DNA of 64,000 bases from Clostridia bacterium (GCA_017934975.1 JAGBIM010000027.1:171572-235571), one strand, 5' to 3'; shown: positions 1 through 10,070, counted from the stretch's first letter. The notes: a model not told the origin generated them from the letters alone. Translations and numbers: made by a program.

Positions 1-21
1 TCGCGCCTCGTTTTATGCATA

Positions 22-52
22 AAAAAGGGCGCCAACCGAAGCTGACGCCCTG
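22..52 (-). terminator. Possible rho-independent terminator (GGGCG..CGCCC stem, T-tract on minus strand)
   Basis: Hairpin 26-51 followed on the minus strand by TTTTTTAT. No obvious gene for it to terminate inside the window. Confidence 0.3.
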
Positions 53-327
53 AAAAACGCAAACTCCGACTGTCGCCAAACAAGTTGAAATCGGACAAGG
101 GTTTTTTTACCACACGCCAACCTCACGGAATTTGCGTTTTTACCGAAATTCACAAAGATTTGCGTGCGAAGAGAACGTAGTTCCCCTGTGTGCAGAAAAC
201 TACCTTGTCTCAAATATTCAACTTGCTTGGCGTTCTTATTGTATCACATTTTTTTGATTTTGTCAACATAAGGGAGAAGAAAATACGGAAAAAGTGGGAG
301 GAATTCGGAAAATTTTCCCGTAATTCT

Positions 328-360
328 TGACAAATACCGTTTAATATGTTATGATATAAT
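328..360 (+). promoter_or_regulatory. Sigma-A-type promoter for the M15 carboxypeptidase gene
   Basis: TTGACA, 17-bp spacer, TATGAT(ATAAT), about 45 nt upstream of the start. Confidence 0.5.
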
Positions 361-406
361 ATATTAGTATAACGGTTTGTGCTTTTGCACTTGATTGGGA
401 GATATT

Positions 407-1261
407 ATGAACGATCCGAAAAATACCGAATCCCGCCTCGCCCTCGTGGGGCTTACGGTGCTGGTGGTGTGTTCCTTCCTGGCCTTTGCCATCATCTTTT
501 TTGACGCGGGGAACCTGTTTTCCTCCTCGTCGGACACCCCTTCTACCGACCAGGTTTCCACCGATGAAAGCTCCGATCCGTCGGACAAGATTCTGGCGGA
601 TATTGCCGAGGCGAAAGAGAAGCTGGAAGAATTCCAGGGACGGCTGGATTCCCCCTATCTCATGCCCGTAAACGAGCAGTCCCCCATCCCCGAAGGATAT
701 ACGGTGGATCTGATGGTCCTGAGTCATACGGACGGGTCTCTGTCCTTGGATAAGGCCGCAGCCTCTGCCATGAACGCCTTTTTGGCCTCTGCGGAAGGGG
801 TCGGGTATCACGTTTCTTTGGAGGCCGCTTACCGCTCCGAGGCCCAGCAGCAGAAGGTCTACGATGAAAAATTCAAGAGCTTTCGGCAGGCGGGCTATTC
901 CGTGACCGAGGCCAAGGAGCTTGCCACCGCCGCCGTGGGTTCGGTGAACCATTCGGAGCATCAGCTGGGGCTTGCGGTGGATTTCAACCCCAAGGACCTG
1001 GAGCAGGCGGGTGCCGACGGAACCCTCTTTAAGGATTATCTCAAGAAAAATATCTATAAATTCGGCTTTATTCTCAGTTATCCCGCCGGTGGGCAGGACA
1101 GTACGGGACGGGATCCCAACGGATGCCACTATCGCTACGTGGGGCTGGAGATCGCCGAGGACATGAACAACCGCGGGTACACGCTGACGGAATATCGGGG
1201 GTATCTGCAGAACCAGATCACGTATTATCAACAGCAGATTACCATGCTGGAAAAACAGTAA
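407..1261 (+). CDS. D-alanyl-D-alanine carboxypeptidase, peptidase M15 (VanY-like), N-terminal TM anchor
   Basis: SVNHSEHQLGLAVDFN zinc-binding motif typical of VanY/M15B. N-terminal hydrophobic helix. ATG at 407 sits after GGGAGA; the ORF track starts at TTG 395. Confidence 0.85.
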   Translation: MNDPKNTESRLALVGLTVLVVCSFLAFAIIFFDAGNLFSSSSDTPSTDQVSTDESSDPSDKILADIAEAKEKLEEFQGRLDSPYLMPVNEQSPIPEGYTVDLMVLSHTDGSLSLDKAAASAMNAFLASAEGVGYHVSLEAAYRSEAQQQKVYDEKFKSFRQAGYSVTEAKELATAAVGSVNHSEHQLGLAVDFNPKDLEQAGADGTLFKDYLKKNIYKFGFILSYPAGGQDSTGRDPNGCHYRYVGLEIAEDMNNRGYTLTEYRGYLQNQITYYQQQITMLEKQ

Positions 1262-1326
1262 TATAAAAGGAGTTTTCCGATGAGCTTTCAAACGCACTTC
1301 CCGCAACGGGGGATACCGTTGCCATT

Positions 1327-1869
1327 ATGCACACCTCCATGGGGGATATTTCCGTCAAGTTTTTCCCCGAGCAGGCTCCCAAGGCCGTGGAGAATTTTGT
1401 CACGCACGCCAAAAACGGCTATTATAACGGCCTGATTTTTCATCGCGTCATTCCCGATTTCATGATTCAGGGGGGCGATCCCACGGGCACGGGTTGCGGC
1501 GGAGAAAGCATTTGGGGCCGGCCCTTCCCCGACGAGTTCTCCCGTCAGTTGTTCAATTTGCGGGGCGCTCTTTCCATGGCCAACAGCGGACCCAACACCA
1601 ACGGAAGCCAGTTCTTCATCGTGCAGGCAAGCACGGTGGATCCCCGTATGATGGCCCAGGTTCGGGAGATCTATCCCGAAGAAGGCGCCGCAGACTACGC
1701 CGAGCTGGGCGGAACCCCCTGGTTGGATTTCCGTCACACGGTTTTCGGTCAGGTCTTTGCGGGCATGGACGTGGTGGACACCATCTGCGCCGTTCCCCGC
1801 AACGGAATGGATAAGCCCCTGGAGGACGTGGTGATCCAATCCGTGGAAGTCCTTTCTTATCAAGCGTAA
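1327..1869 (+). CDS. ppiB: Peptidyl-prolyl cis-trans isomerase, cyclophilin type
   Basis: [18 protein letters not shown] and [19 protein letters not shown] cyclophilin signatures. 180 aa. Confidence 0.9.
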   Translation: MHTSMGDISVKFFPEQAPKAVENFVTHAKNGYYNGLIFHRVIPDFMIQGGDPTGTGCGGESIWGRPFPDEFSRQLFNLRGALSMANSGPNTNGSQFFIVQASTVDPRMMAQVREIYPEEGAADYAELGGTPWLDFRHTVFGQVFAGMDVVDTICAVPRNGMDKPLEDVVIQSVEVLSYQA

Positions 1870-1902
1870 AAAATATTTATTCATAAAACGGAGGTTACTC
1901 TT

Positions 1903-2868
1903 ATGAAATTAGGTGTTCTTGCAGTTCTTTTGGCCGATCTTCCCTTGAAGGATGCGTTGGCTTATCTGAAAAATGCCGGCGCTCAGATGGTGGAAATCGG
2001 CTGCGGCGGCTTCCCCGGGAAGGCTCATTGCGATCCCGAAATTCTTCTGAACGATGAAAAGGCCTTTGCCGAATTCAAGAAGACCGTGGAAGAATCCGGA
2101 CTGGAAATTTCTGCCTTCTCCGCCCACGGCAACGCCGTTCATCCCAACCCCGAAGTGGCCGCAAAATTCCACAAGGATTTTGAAAACGCCGTTCTTCTGG
2201 CAGAAAAAATGGGCGTGGATCGGGTTGTTACCTTCTCCGGTTGCCCCGGTGACTGTGCCGAATCCAAGCATCCCAACTGGGTTACCTGCCCCTGGCCCGA
2301 AGATTTCCTGGAAATCCTCGATTATCAGTGGAACGAAGTGCTGATTCCTTACTGGAAGAAGGAAGTGGAATTCTGCCGTGCTCACGGCGTTGACAAGATC
2401 TGCTTTGAAATGCACCCCGGCTTCTGCGTATACAATCCCGAAACCCTGCTCCGTCTGCGGGAAGCCGTCGGCCCCGAAATCGGCGCAAACTTCGATCCTT
2501 CCCACCTGATCTGGCAGGGAATGGATCCCGTCCGTGCCATCTTCGCTCTGAAGGATTGCATCTTCCATTTCCACGCCAAGGACACCAAGATCGACAAGTA
2601 CAACACCTCGGTCAACGGCGTTCTGGATACCAAGCATTACGGGGACGTGGCGGGTCGCGCCTGGTCCTTCCGCAGCGTGGGCTACGGCAACGATACCAAG
2701 TATTGGAAGGATATTGTCAGCGCTCTTCGCACCATCGACTACGATTACGTCATGAGCATTGAACACGAAGACTCCCTCCTTTCTCCCAAGGAAGGTCTGC
2801 GTAAGGCCATTTCCGTCCTGCAGGACGCCATTACCTTTGAAGGTAAGGGCGAAATGTGGTGGGCTTGA
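1903..2868 (+). CDS. Sugar phosphate isomerase/epimerase (xylose-isomerase-like TIM barrel)
   Basis: Length and conserved pattern of AP-endonuclease-2 / xylose-isomerase-like TIM barrel proteins. GGAGG RBS 9 nt upstream. Confidence 0.75.
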   Translation: MKLGVLAVLLADLPLKDALAYLKNAGAQMVEIGCGGFPGKAHCDPEILLNDEKAFAEFKKTVEESGLEISAFSAHGNAVHPNPEVAAKFHKDFENAVLLAEKMGVDRVVTFSGCPGDCAESKHPNWVTCPWPEDFLEILDYQWNEVLIPYWKKEVEFCRAHGVDKICFEMHPGFCVYNPETLLRLREAVGPEIGANFDPSHLIWQGMDPVRAIFALKDCIFHFHAKDTKIDKYNTSVNGVLDTKHYGDVAGRAWSFRSVGYGNDTKYWKDIVSALRTIDYDYVMSIEHEDSLLSPKEGLRKAISVLQDAITFEGKGEMWWA

Positions 2869-2980
2869 TTTTTTGACGAATCCAAGTTTCCTCGCCTCGT
2901 AAAACGGGGCGGGGAAGTTCCCTTATTCCGTCATTTTTACGGACGGAAACGCATATTTTTTACCGATTGGAAGTGTGGAG

Positions 2981-3598
2981 ATGGATTGGGAATGCTTGCG
3001 GGCGATCTGTGAGGACTGTCACCGCTGTCCTTTGGGGCAGGGGAGAACCAATCTCGTCTTCGGTGTGGGGAATCCCCGGGCGGAGATTCTGTTCGTGGGG
3101 GAAGGCCCCGGGGAACAGGAGGACCTGCGGGGAGAACCCTTCGTGGGCAAAGCGGGGATCCTTCTGGATAAAATGCTTGCCTGCATCGGCTTGAGCCGAA
3201 AAGAAAACGTTTATATTGCCAATATCGTCAAGTGCCGTCCGCCTCATAATCGGGATCCCCTTCCCGAGGAACGGACCGCCTGCCTTCCTTATTTAAGGGA
3301 GCAGACCCGTTTGATCCGTCCGAAGATCATTATTTGCCTCGGAAAAGTGGCGGCAACCACGCTGATCGATCCGAATTTTTCCATTATGCGCTCCCACGGC
3401 GTGTGGTACGAACGTAAGGGCTTTTGGATGATGGCCACCTTTCACCCCGCCGCCCTGTTGCGAAACGAAAATCTGAAGCGGGACGCATATCAAGATCTTC
3501 TCCGAATCCGCGAAAAGTATGAAGAACTGACCGCGGAGACAAAAAAAGAACCGCCCGTTGCGGAAACGGACGGCAAAAAGGAAGAAACGGAGAAGTAA
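2981..3598 (+). CDS. Uracil-DNA glycosylase, family 4
   Basis: CxxCPL...GEGPGxxED...GxPFVGxAG motif block of family-4 UDG (phage SPO1 polymerase-related domain). Confidence 0.85.
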   Translation: MDWECLRAICEDCHRCPLGQGRTNLVFGVGNPRAEILFVGEGPGEQEDLRGEPFVGKAGILLDKMLACIGLSRKENVYIANIVKCRPPHNRDPLPEERTACLPYLREQTRLIRPKIIICLGKVAATTLIDPNFSIMRSHGVWYERKGFWMMATFHPAALLRNENLKRDAYQDLLRIREKYEELTAETKKEPPVAETDGKKEETEK

Positions 3599-3699
3599 AA
3601 CATCTGTTATTATGATACCTGAAATATCCTGCGAAAAAGCACGAACGGTGCCCCCGTTCCGAAAAAACCGTTCGACCTTTTTTGCAGAAGGAGGATTTT

Positions 3700-3966
3700 A
3701 TGAACCGAGATGAAATTTTGGACAACGGAAAGCGGATTCTGCAGACCGTGAGTGAAAAGGCCTGCGATCTGGCAGACGCGGCACGGGTGCGGATTAAAAT
3801 CGCCAATCTGGAGAGCGATATCAGCCTGAAGACCCGTCGTCTGGGCCGTCTGGCCTGCAACGCCATGGACGAAGGCGTTCTGACCATGGATGAAGAAATG
3901 CAAAAGGTTTATAACGAAATTACCGACCTCAAGCAGAGAATTGCGGCTCTGAAGGGGGAACTTTGA
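3700..3966 (+). CDS. Hypothetical small coiled-coil protein (88 aa)
   Basis: AAGGAGG RBS 5 nt upstream of ATG 3700. Heptad-like charged sequence, no recognisable family. Confidence 0.55.
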   Translation: MNRDEILDNGKRILQTVSEKACDLADAARVRIKIANLESDISLKTRRLGRLACNAMDEGVLTMDEEMQKVYNEITDLKQRIAALKGEL

Positions 3967-4640
3967 GATACCTTCTGATTTGCGCCATGGCGTCGGAGGC
4001 GGAAGGCTTCCGCGCCATGCTTGCCTCCCGTACCGACGAGGAGATTCTGGGACTGCGTTTTTCTTCCGGCTTTTTGGGAGATACCTCCGTTACCGTGGTT
4101 CAATGCGGCGTGGGAAAGGTGAACGCCGCCCTCTGTGCCCAAACCGCTCTTTTGCGCTTTTCGCCCGACGTAGTGATTAACGTGGGGGTTGCCGGAGGCG
4201 TTGGGAAGGGCGTGGTGACCGGCCACGTGGTCGTCGCCTCCGACACGATACAATACGATTTTGATCTGACCGCCATCGGAGAAGAGGACGGTCTCGTTTC
4301 CTCCTGCGACGGGGATCTTTCCCGGAATCTTTACCGTGCCGCCTGCTCCGTTTTGCCCGAATCCCGGGTTTCCTTGGGGCGCATCGCCACGGGAGACCGA
4401 TTCGTGGGGGATTCGGAAACCGCCGCGCGGATTCGGGATCATTACGGGGCCCTTGCCTGCGAAATGGAAGGGGGCGCCGTGGCTCAGGTCTGTGCCCGTG
4501 CGGGCGTTCCCTGCGGCGTTCTGCGTGCCATTTCCGATAACGCAAACGAGCATTCCGAAGTGGATTTTCCCACCTTTTTGGCTTCGGCCGTTTCCGATAC
4601 CGAGAAAATCGTGCTGGCCTATTTTTCACAGAAAGTCTGA
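3963..4640 (+). CDS. mtnN: 5'-methylthioadenosine/S-adenosylhomocysteine nucleosidase
   Basis: PNP/UDP-phosphorylase fold signatures (LICAMASEAEG, CEMEGGAVAQVC, ISDNANEHS). TTG start overlapping the upstream stop. Confidence 0.85.
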   Translation: MRYLLICAMASEAEGFRAMLASRTDEEILGLRFSSGFLGDTSVTVVQCGVGKVNAALCAQTALLRFSPDVVINVGVAGGVGKGVVTGHVVVASDTIQYDFDLTAIGEEDGLVSSCDGDLSRNLYRAACSVLPESRVSLGRIATGDRFVGDSETAARIRDHYGALACEMEGGAVAQVCARAGVPCGVLRAISDNANEHSEVDFPTFLASAVSDTEKIVLAYFSQKV

Positions 4641-4646
4641 TTGATT

Positions 4647-6254
4647 ATGAACGCTTCTTCCGAGAAACAACCGGTGCGCCGCGGCTTTATGCTGGGGGCG
4701 CTGATTCTGTCGTTGTCCGGATTTTTGTCCAAGCTTTGCGGCGCCATCTTCAAGATTCCCCTCACCAATCTGGTGGGCATGGAGGCTATGGGGTATTTCG
4801 GCTCCGCGTACGCCATTTACAATTTCCTTCTGGCTTTGGCAACGGCGGGAATTCCCACGGGTATTTCCACCATGATCGCCAAATCCATCGCCCGGAAAAA
4901 ATATAAAGATATTTCCACCGTTCTGAAAATTGCCGCCATGATCTTTTTGATCTTCAGCTCGGTTTTGACCGTCCTTGGGTTGGCCTTTGCGGGCCCCTTG
5001 GCAGAAATGATGAACTCCGCGGACGCGTATTGGTGTATGCTGGCCATTATGCCCGCCGTGTTCTTTATTACCGTAGTGGCGATTTTTCGCGGGTTTTTCC
5101 AGGGGCATAACAATATGGTCCCTACGGCCGTTACCAACGTAATCGAGGCCTTTTTGAAGCTCGTGGCGGGATACGGTTTCGCTTTGATTCTGCACCTGCA
5201 GGGATATTCCCCTCCCGTGGTGGTGGGGGGTGCGATGGCAGGGGTTACCTTCGGAACGATCATCTCCGCCCTGTTCATGCTCATCCGTTATATGACCCGC
5301 GGGGTTTCCTACCGTCTCACGGTTTCCGACTGTCTGCACGACGAGTCCACGCCCCGTAAGACGCTGACCAAACAGTTTCTGGGCATTACGTTTCCCATTA
5401 TGCTCTCTTCCATCACCGCAAATCTGATGAGCGCCCTCGACGCCTTTTTCGTGGTCAACCGTATGGAGCTGTATATGACCTCCTCGGAAGCGAATCTGCG
5501 CTGGGGATGCTACAGCAGCGGTGCGCTGACCATTTTTAATTTGCCTTCCTTTTTTATTATTTCCATCGGGACCAGTCTCGTGCCCTCCATTTCCATGGCG
5601 TATGCCCGCAAAGATAAGCCGCTGGTGAAGAATACGCTGGACTCCGCTTTGAAGTATTCCGCAATCCTGGCGTTCGGCTTCGGCTTTGGTCTCAGCGCCG
5701 TGGCGGAAGGGGCCGTGCGTCTCTTTTACGGCAGACAGTCGGAGGAGGCCATTGCCATTGCGACCGTCCTTCTGGAAATCGTTTCCTTCGCCTTGGTTTG
5801 TGTGGGGCTTACCAACGTCACCGCATCGATTCTGCAATCGGTGGGAAAGGCACACATGTCGGTCGTCTCCGTCGCCGTGGGGTCGGTGGTTAAAACGCTG
5901 TTTACGTTTTTGTTGGTCTCCATCCCCGGAATCAACGTCAGCGGAGCGCCCATTTCCACGAATATTGCCTATCCCATCATGCTCTTGATGAATCTGTTTT
6001 TTATCCGCAAATACTTGGATTATACCCCGAAAATCGGCGAGGTGCTTCTCAAGCCGCTGCTTTGTGCCGGCGGGTGCTACGGAGCAGTAAAATGCGTTGC
6101 GTGGCTGATGGGGGACCTTGCTTCCGCAAAATGGGCGGTTTTCCCCCAGATCATCGTGGGTGTAATTGTGTATTTTGCACTAATTTTTGCGCTAAAGTTA
6201 TTAACTTTTTGTGAGATTCGTAAAACTTTCAAAAAAACCACTTCAGCCTCTTGA
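4647..6254 (+). CDS. MOP-superfamily (MurJ/SpoVB/YabM-like) polysaccharide or lipid-II flippase
   Basis: About 14 TM segments and an N-terminal pattern typical of polysaccharide biosynthesis protein / MurJ family. Its position upstream of hup-yabO-yabP-yabQ-divIC-yabR mirrors B. subtilis yabM. Confidence 0.8.
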   Translation: MNASSEKQPVRRGFMLGALILSLSGFLSKLCGAIFKIPLTNLVGMEAMGYFGSAYAIYNFLLALATAGIPTGISTMIAKSIARKKYKDISTVLKIAAMIFLIFSSVLTVLGLAFAGPLAEMMNSADAYWCMLAIMPAVFFITVVAIFRGFFQGHNNMVPTAVTNVIEAFLKLVAGYGFALILHLQGYSPPVVVGGAMAGVTFGTIISALFMLIRYMTRGVSYRLTVSDCLHDESTPRKTLTKQFLGITFPIMLSSITANLMSALDAFFVVNRMELYMTSSEANLRWGCYSSGALTIFNLPSFFIISIGTSLVPSISMAYARKDKPLVKNTLDSALKYSAILAFGFGFGLSAVAEGAVRLFYGRQSEEAIAIATVLLEIVSFALVCVGLTNVTASILQSVGKAHMSVVSVAVGSVVKTLFTFLLVSIPGINVSGAPISTNIAYPIMLLMNLFFIRKYLDYTPKIGEVLLKPLLCAGGCYGAVKCVAWLMGDLASAKWAVFPQIIVGVIVYFALIFALKLLTFCEIRKTFKKTTSAS

Positions 6255-6279
6255 AAAAGTCGAGAAAATAGTGTAAAAT
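6251..6279 (+). promoter_or_regulatory. Sigma-A promoter for hup (TTGAAA, 17 bp, TGTAAAAT)
   Basis: Consensus-like -35, extended -10 and 17-bp spacer. Long (about 140 nt) leader to hup. Confidence 0.5.
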
Positions 6280-6424
6280 ATGTATATAACCCCCGGTTTT
6301 CCCTGCGCAGCTTGAAAAATCGGGGCTTTCTTCCGCGTATATATCAGCGGAAGGTCTTCGTTGCATTCTACCCGGAAAGACGGGGCATGAATAAAAAAAA
6401 TTTTTCTTAAAAGGAGAAAAGAAA

Positions 6425-6700
6425 ATGAATAAGTTCGAACTGATTTCCGTTGTTGCCAACAAACTGGGCGTCAACAAGAAGGTTGCCGCAGAATACCTCA
6501 ACGCTTATCTGGACACCATCGCTGAAACCCTCGCTGCCGGTGATAAGGTTCAGCTGGTTGGCTTTGGCAACTTCGACGTTCGCGAAAGAGCCGAAAGAGA
6601 AGGCCGCAACCCCCAGAAGCCCGAAGAAACCATCAAGATCCCCGCTACCAAAGTTCCCGTTTTCAAGGCCGGCCGTATCCTGAAGGATGCTGTGAAATAA
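6425..6700 (+). CDS. hup: DNA-binding protein HU
   Basis: MNKxELI...GFGNFxVRERAxRxGRNPQT...I..VPxFKAG HU/IHF signature, 91 aa. Strong AAAAGGAG RBS. Confidence 0.95.
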   Translation: MNKFELISVVANKLGVNKKVAAEYLNAYLDTIAETLAAGDKVQLVGFGNFDVRERAEREGRNPQKPEETIKIPATKVPVFKAGRILKDAVK

Positions 6701-6703
6701 GAA

Positions 6704-6946
6704 ATGCGTCTTGACAAATATCTGAAGGTGTCCCGTCTGATCAAGCGCCGTACGGTGGCCAGCGACGCCTGCTCCGCTTCCCGCGTCAGCGTGAACGGAA
6801 AGGTGGCCAAGCCCTCCTACGACGTAAAGGTGGGCGATATCCTTGAGATATCTCTCGGTGTTGCGCCTCTGAAGGTGGAAGTGGTCCGCGTGACCGAACA
6901 CGCCCAGAAGGCGGACGCCGACTCCATGTATCGTGTCATAGATTGA
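6704..6946 (+). CDS. yabO: S4-domain RNA-binding protein (YabO/Hsp15-like)
   Basis: MRLDKYLKVSRLIKRRT S4 domain N-terminus. Position before yabP. Confidence 0.8.
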   Translation: MRLDKYLKVSRLIKRRTVASDACSASRVSVNGKVAKPSYDVKVGDILEISLGVAPLKVEVVRVTEHAQKADADSMYRVID

Positions 6947-6987
6947 TCCTTTGCCTCATACCTTGGTAGGGTAGAGGAGTGATTTGG

Positions 6988-7248
6988 ATGAACGATGCGC
7001 AAAATCTCGTGCTTCAAAACCGTTCCGCACTTTCCGTAACGGGAGTGACCGACGTGTTCGGCTTTGATGACACCGTTGTTTCCATGGTGACAACCCTTGG
7101 CGATCTGCAGGTGAAGGGGAACGCCCTTCGCATCTCTCGTCTCTCTTTGGATGTCGGTCAAGTCGATATCGAGGGCACGGTTGATTGCGTGGAATACACA
7201 AAACTGAAGCGAAAAAGGGAATCCTTCCTCGCCCGCGTTTTTAAGTAA
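6988..7248 (+). CDS. yabP: Sporulation protein YabP
   Basis: YabP family pattern (LSVTGV...V..F.D..V...T..G.L.V.G..L.I..L....G...IEG.V). GAGGAG RBS 8 nt upstream of ATG 6988. Confidence 0.8.
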   Translation: MNDAQNLVLQNRSALSVTGVTDVFGFDDTVVSMVTTLGDLQVKGNALRISRLSLDVGQVDIEGTVDCVEYTKLKRKRESFLARVFK

Positions 7249-7263
7249 GGGGGCAGGCGAGGA

Positions 7264-7632
7264 ATGGTTCTGTCGAATTCCCAGCAAGCGGCCGTATTTC
7301 TGTGGTCCCTTTTGTTTGGAGTGGGACTCGGAGCATTCTTTGACGTGTTCCGAGTTTTTCGCCTTTTCGTTCGGTGCTCCGCAGTAACGGTTCTGTTTCA
7401 GGATCTGTTCTGCTTCCTTACTGCTGCTTTGGCCTCGTTTTTGTTTATTTTTGAGGTCAACGACGGAACGGTACGACTCTTTATTTTAGGGGCTTTTCTG
7501 GTCGGCGCCGTCGCCTTTCGGATTTCCGTGGGGCAGCTCTTGACTTGCCTTTGCAGGAAAATTAAAATTCTTTTTCGGCAGCGCAGGCCGTTGCCGGCAC
7601 GACACACACAAACACAAAAAATTGAGGAATAA
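7264..7632 (+). CDS. yabQ: Spore cortex biosynthesis membrane protein YabQ
   Basis: Small multi-TM protein immediately after yabP, in the conserved yabPQ-divIC order. Confidence 0.65.
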   Translation: MVLSNSQQAAVFLWSLLFGVGLGAFFDVFRVFRLFVRCSAVTVLFQDLFCFLTAALASFLFIFEVNDGTVRLFILGAFLVGAVAFRISVGQLLTCLCRKIKILFRQRRPLPARHTQTQKIEE

Positions 7633-7635
7633 TCG

Positions 7636-7902
7636 GTGCGTAAAGTAAAACGTTTGATTCAGGTCTTTCTGATCGTCGTCTTTGCCGTCTGTCTGATCAA
7701 TTTCGTGGTCAAGAAAATCGATATTGCCGCAACGGATGCAAAAATTGACGACGTCAAGAAGCAACTGGTTGCTACGAAGGTCAATAACGGCGAATTGCAG
7801 GGGTTGTTGGATAATATCGGCGATTTGATGCAGGAAATTGCAGAAGATACGCTTAAGATGGGTGACCCCGGCGTGAAGGTTTTTGAGTTCATCCCCGAAT
7901 AA
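7636..7902 (+). CDS. divIC: Septum formation initiator (DivIC/FtsB family)
   Basis: N-terminal TM followed by a coiled-coil region. GTG start with GAGGA RBS. Conserved position. Confidence 0.7.
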   Translation: MRKVKRLIQVFLIVVFAVCLINFVVKKIDIAATDAKIDDVKKQLVATKVNNGELQGLLDNIGDLMQEIAEDTLKMGDPGVKVFEFIPE

Positions 7903-7932
7903 ATCGGATTCGTATTTTTAGGAAGGAGAAAG

Positions 7933-8409
7933 GTGCGGTTGCGGAGGCAACCGTGCTTTCCGTTTCGTATGGCAATTGAAATCGGTGCAATTTTGGAAGG
8001 AAAAGTGTCCGGTATTGCGAAATTCGGCGCCTTCGTGACCCTGAGTGAAGGAAAATCCGGATTGGTTCACATCTCCGAAATTTCAACGGGGTTCGTGACC
8101 GACGTCAACGAGCATCTTCACGTGGGGGACGACGTAAAGGTGAAGGTCTTGGGAATCGACGAAAAGGGACGGATCAATCTGTCCATCCGTCAGGCCCAGC
8201 CCAAGCCCGAAGCGCCTGCGCGTCCTTCGCGGCCTGCCCCGACACAACAGCGGCGTCCCGAACCGGACACCCCGTTCTTTTCTTCTGAGTCTAAGGGCCC
8301 CGCTTCTTTTGAGGATATGCTTCAGAAGTTTAAGCAGGATTCCGATTCCAAACTTTCCGATCTGAAGGCCAAAGAAGACGGCCGCGGTCGGAAACGCTCC
8401 CGCAAATAA
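7933..8409 (+). CDS. yabR: S1 RNA-binding domain protein (YabR-like)
   Basis: GxxxEGKVxxIxxFGAFVxLxxGxxGLVHISEI S1 domain followed by a basic tail. Confidence 0.85.
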   Translation: MRLRRQPCFPFRMAIEIGAILEGKVSGIAKFGAFVTLSEGKSGLVHISEISTGFVTDVNEHLHVGDDVKVKVLGIDEKGRINLSIRQAQPKPEAPARPSRPAPTQQRRPEPDTPFFSSESKGPASFEDMLQKFKQDSDSKLSDLKAKEDGRGRKRSRK

Positions 8410-8423
8410 AACAAAATAATAAA

Positions 8424-8458
8424 ATCCTTCTGCATCGTCGTGCAGAAGGATTTTTTTT
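8424..8458. terminator. Bidirectional intrinsic terminator between yabR (+) and the MATE gene (-)
   Basis: TCCTTCTGCA-loop-TGCAGAAGGA stem flanked by an A-tract on the left and TTTTTTTT on the right. Confidence 0.8.
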
Positions 8459-8467
8459 GCTTTTGTT

Positions 8468-9835
8468 TCAGACAGATTCCGAAAGGCGTTTCTTTTGTTT
8501 TCGCAGAATGATTCGGAACGCCACGAATTCCGCAATTGCGGTAACGGCCCAGGAGATTGGATAGCAGAGGAAGAGCATGGGCAACGTGTGGTACTGTTCC
8601 TGAGCGAATATGGTGAAAATCCACCCGATTCGAAGACCGCAAACTCCCAAAACCGAAATGAGCATGGGGGAGATGGAGGCACCCATGCCTCGCAAAATGC
8701 CGCTCATGACGTCCATAATGCCGATGAGGAAATAGGGGAGCATCACGTATTGCATCCGAATCATGCCCTGGGCGATTTCTTCGGTTGCGCCGGGAATATA
8801 GAATTCCAAAAGGGTTTCGCCGAAGCCGTAGAACAGAAGTCCTGCAGCAATGGCGATTACCGTGGCGCTGGTGATGCAGATTCCCAGAATTTTGTTCAGA
8901 TTTTCGTAACGGCGGGCCCCCACGTTTTGTCCCGTAAAGTTCAAAGCCGTGTGGTGGAAGGAGTTGACCGCGGTGTATACGAAGCCTTCCAGATTTGCGG
9001 CCGCCCCATTCCCCGACATGACGATTTCTCCGAAGGAGTTGATGGAGGATTGCAGGATTACGTTGGAAATGGAGAACATGGACCCTTGAATTCCCGAAGG
9101 AATTCCGATGCGCACGATCTTAAGCAGAGCGTTTTTATAGATCTTGAATTTACTCAGCTCCAACTTGCAGCAATCGGTTCGCTTCGCCAGCTTGTAGAGC
9201 ATCATAAACGCGGCAAAGGCCTGTGATATGATCGTTGCCAGCGCAACTCCCGCCACGTCCATGTGGAAGGCCGCAACAAACACGACGTTCAGCACTACGT
9301 TGATTACGCCTGCCAGGGTGAGATAGATCAGCGGGGTTTTCGTATCGCCTGCCGCACGCAGGATGGCGGCTCCGAAGTTATAAACGAGGGGACCGAGAAT
9401 TCCGCCGAAATAAATCTGCATATAAAGAGAGGAGAGGGGAAGGATCGTTTCGGGCGTTCCCATCCAGGTCAGAAAGGTTTCGGAGAAGGTTACTCCGATG
9501 ACGGTCAGAAACACGCCGCTGATCAAGGCTGCGGGAATGGCCGTGTGGATGAGTTGATGTACCTCCTTTTTGTGGCCGGCGCCGAGGGCTTGTGCCACGG
9601 ACACGCCCGACCCTACCGAGAGCCCCATGAACAGATTGACGATCAGATTCGTCAACGCACCCGTTCCGCTCACGGCCGCAATGCATTTTTCTCCGTTCTC
9701 CGCGAATTGACCCACGATGATCAGGTCCGCCGCGTTGAAGGCCAACTGTAACAGTCCCGTCAGAATGATGGGGAAGGTGTACAGTAAAATGTTTTTCAGA
9801 AAGGGGCCTTGCAACATGTTGATTTGTTTTTGCAT
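8468..9835 (-). CDS. MATE family efflux transporter
   Basis: 12-TM MATE architecture with the typical N-terminus (MQKQINMLQGPFLKNILLYTFPI). Start taken at the internal ATG 9835, where homology begins; the ORF extends to 9937. Confidence 0.85.
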   Translation of the reverse strand: MQKQINMLQGPFLKNILLYTFPIILTGLLQLAFNAADLIIVGQFAENGEKCIAAVSGTGALTNLIVNLFMGLSVGSGVSVAQALGAGHKKEVHQLIHTAIPAALISGVFLTVIGVTFSETFLTWMGTPETILPLSSLYMQIYFGGILGPLVYNFGAAILRAAGDTKTPLIYLTLAGVINVVLNVVFVAAFHMDVAGVALATIISQAFAAFMMLYKLAKRTDCCKLELSKFKIYKNALLKIVRIGIPSGIQGSMFSISNVILQSSINSFGEIVMSGNGAAANLEGFVYTAVNSFHHTALNFTGQNVGARRYENLNKILGICITSATVIAIAAGLLFYGFGETLLEFYIPGATEEIAQGMIRMQYVMLPYFLIGIMDVMSGILRGMGASISPMLISVLGVCGLRIGWIFTIFAQEQYHTLPMLFLCYPISWAVTAIAEFVAFRIILRKQKKRLSESV

Positions 9836-10070
9836 GGTTGATCCGTCCTTTCGTAAGATCCCCTTCATTATAACCCCGCAAACGAAAAAAGTCAAGCCGA
9901 AAGGGGCGGTTCTGCAAAAAGGTTTGAAAAATGTCACAATCCGTTTTTCGGAACAAAAAATAAACCGAAATAAATGAGATTTTCCTTGAAAACAACGGGA
10001 AGATTGCGTCCTTTTTTTCGGATTCTCTCGTTTGTTTTATACCGTTTCGGTATATTCATGCATCAGACGG

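Noticed and set aside
1280-1440. Short out-of-frame ORF with a strong AAAAGGAG RBS overlapping the start of the cyclophilin gene
   Set aside because: The translation has no recognisable family and terminates quickly. The RBS is more likely shared by, or leftover from, the ppiB start region. It could be a tiny leader peptide, but there is no supporting signal.
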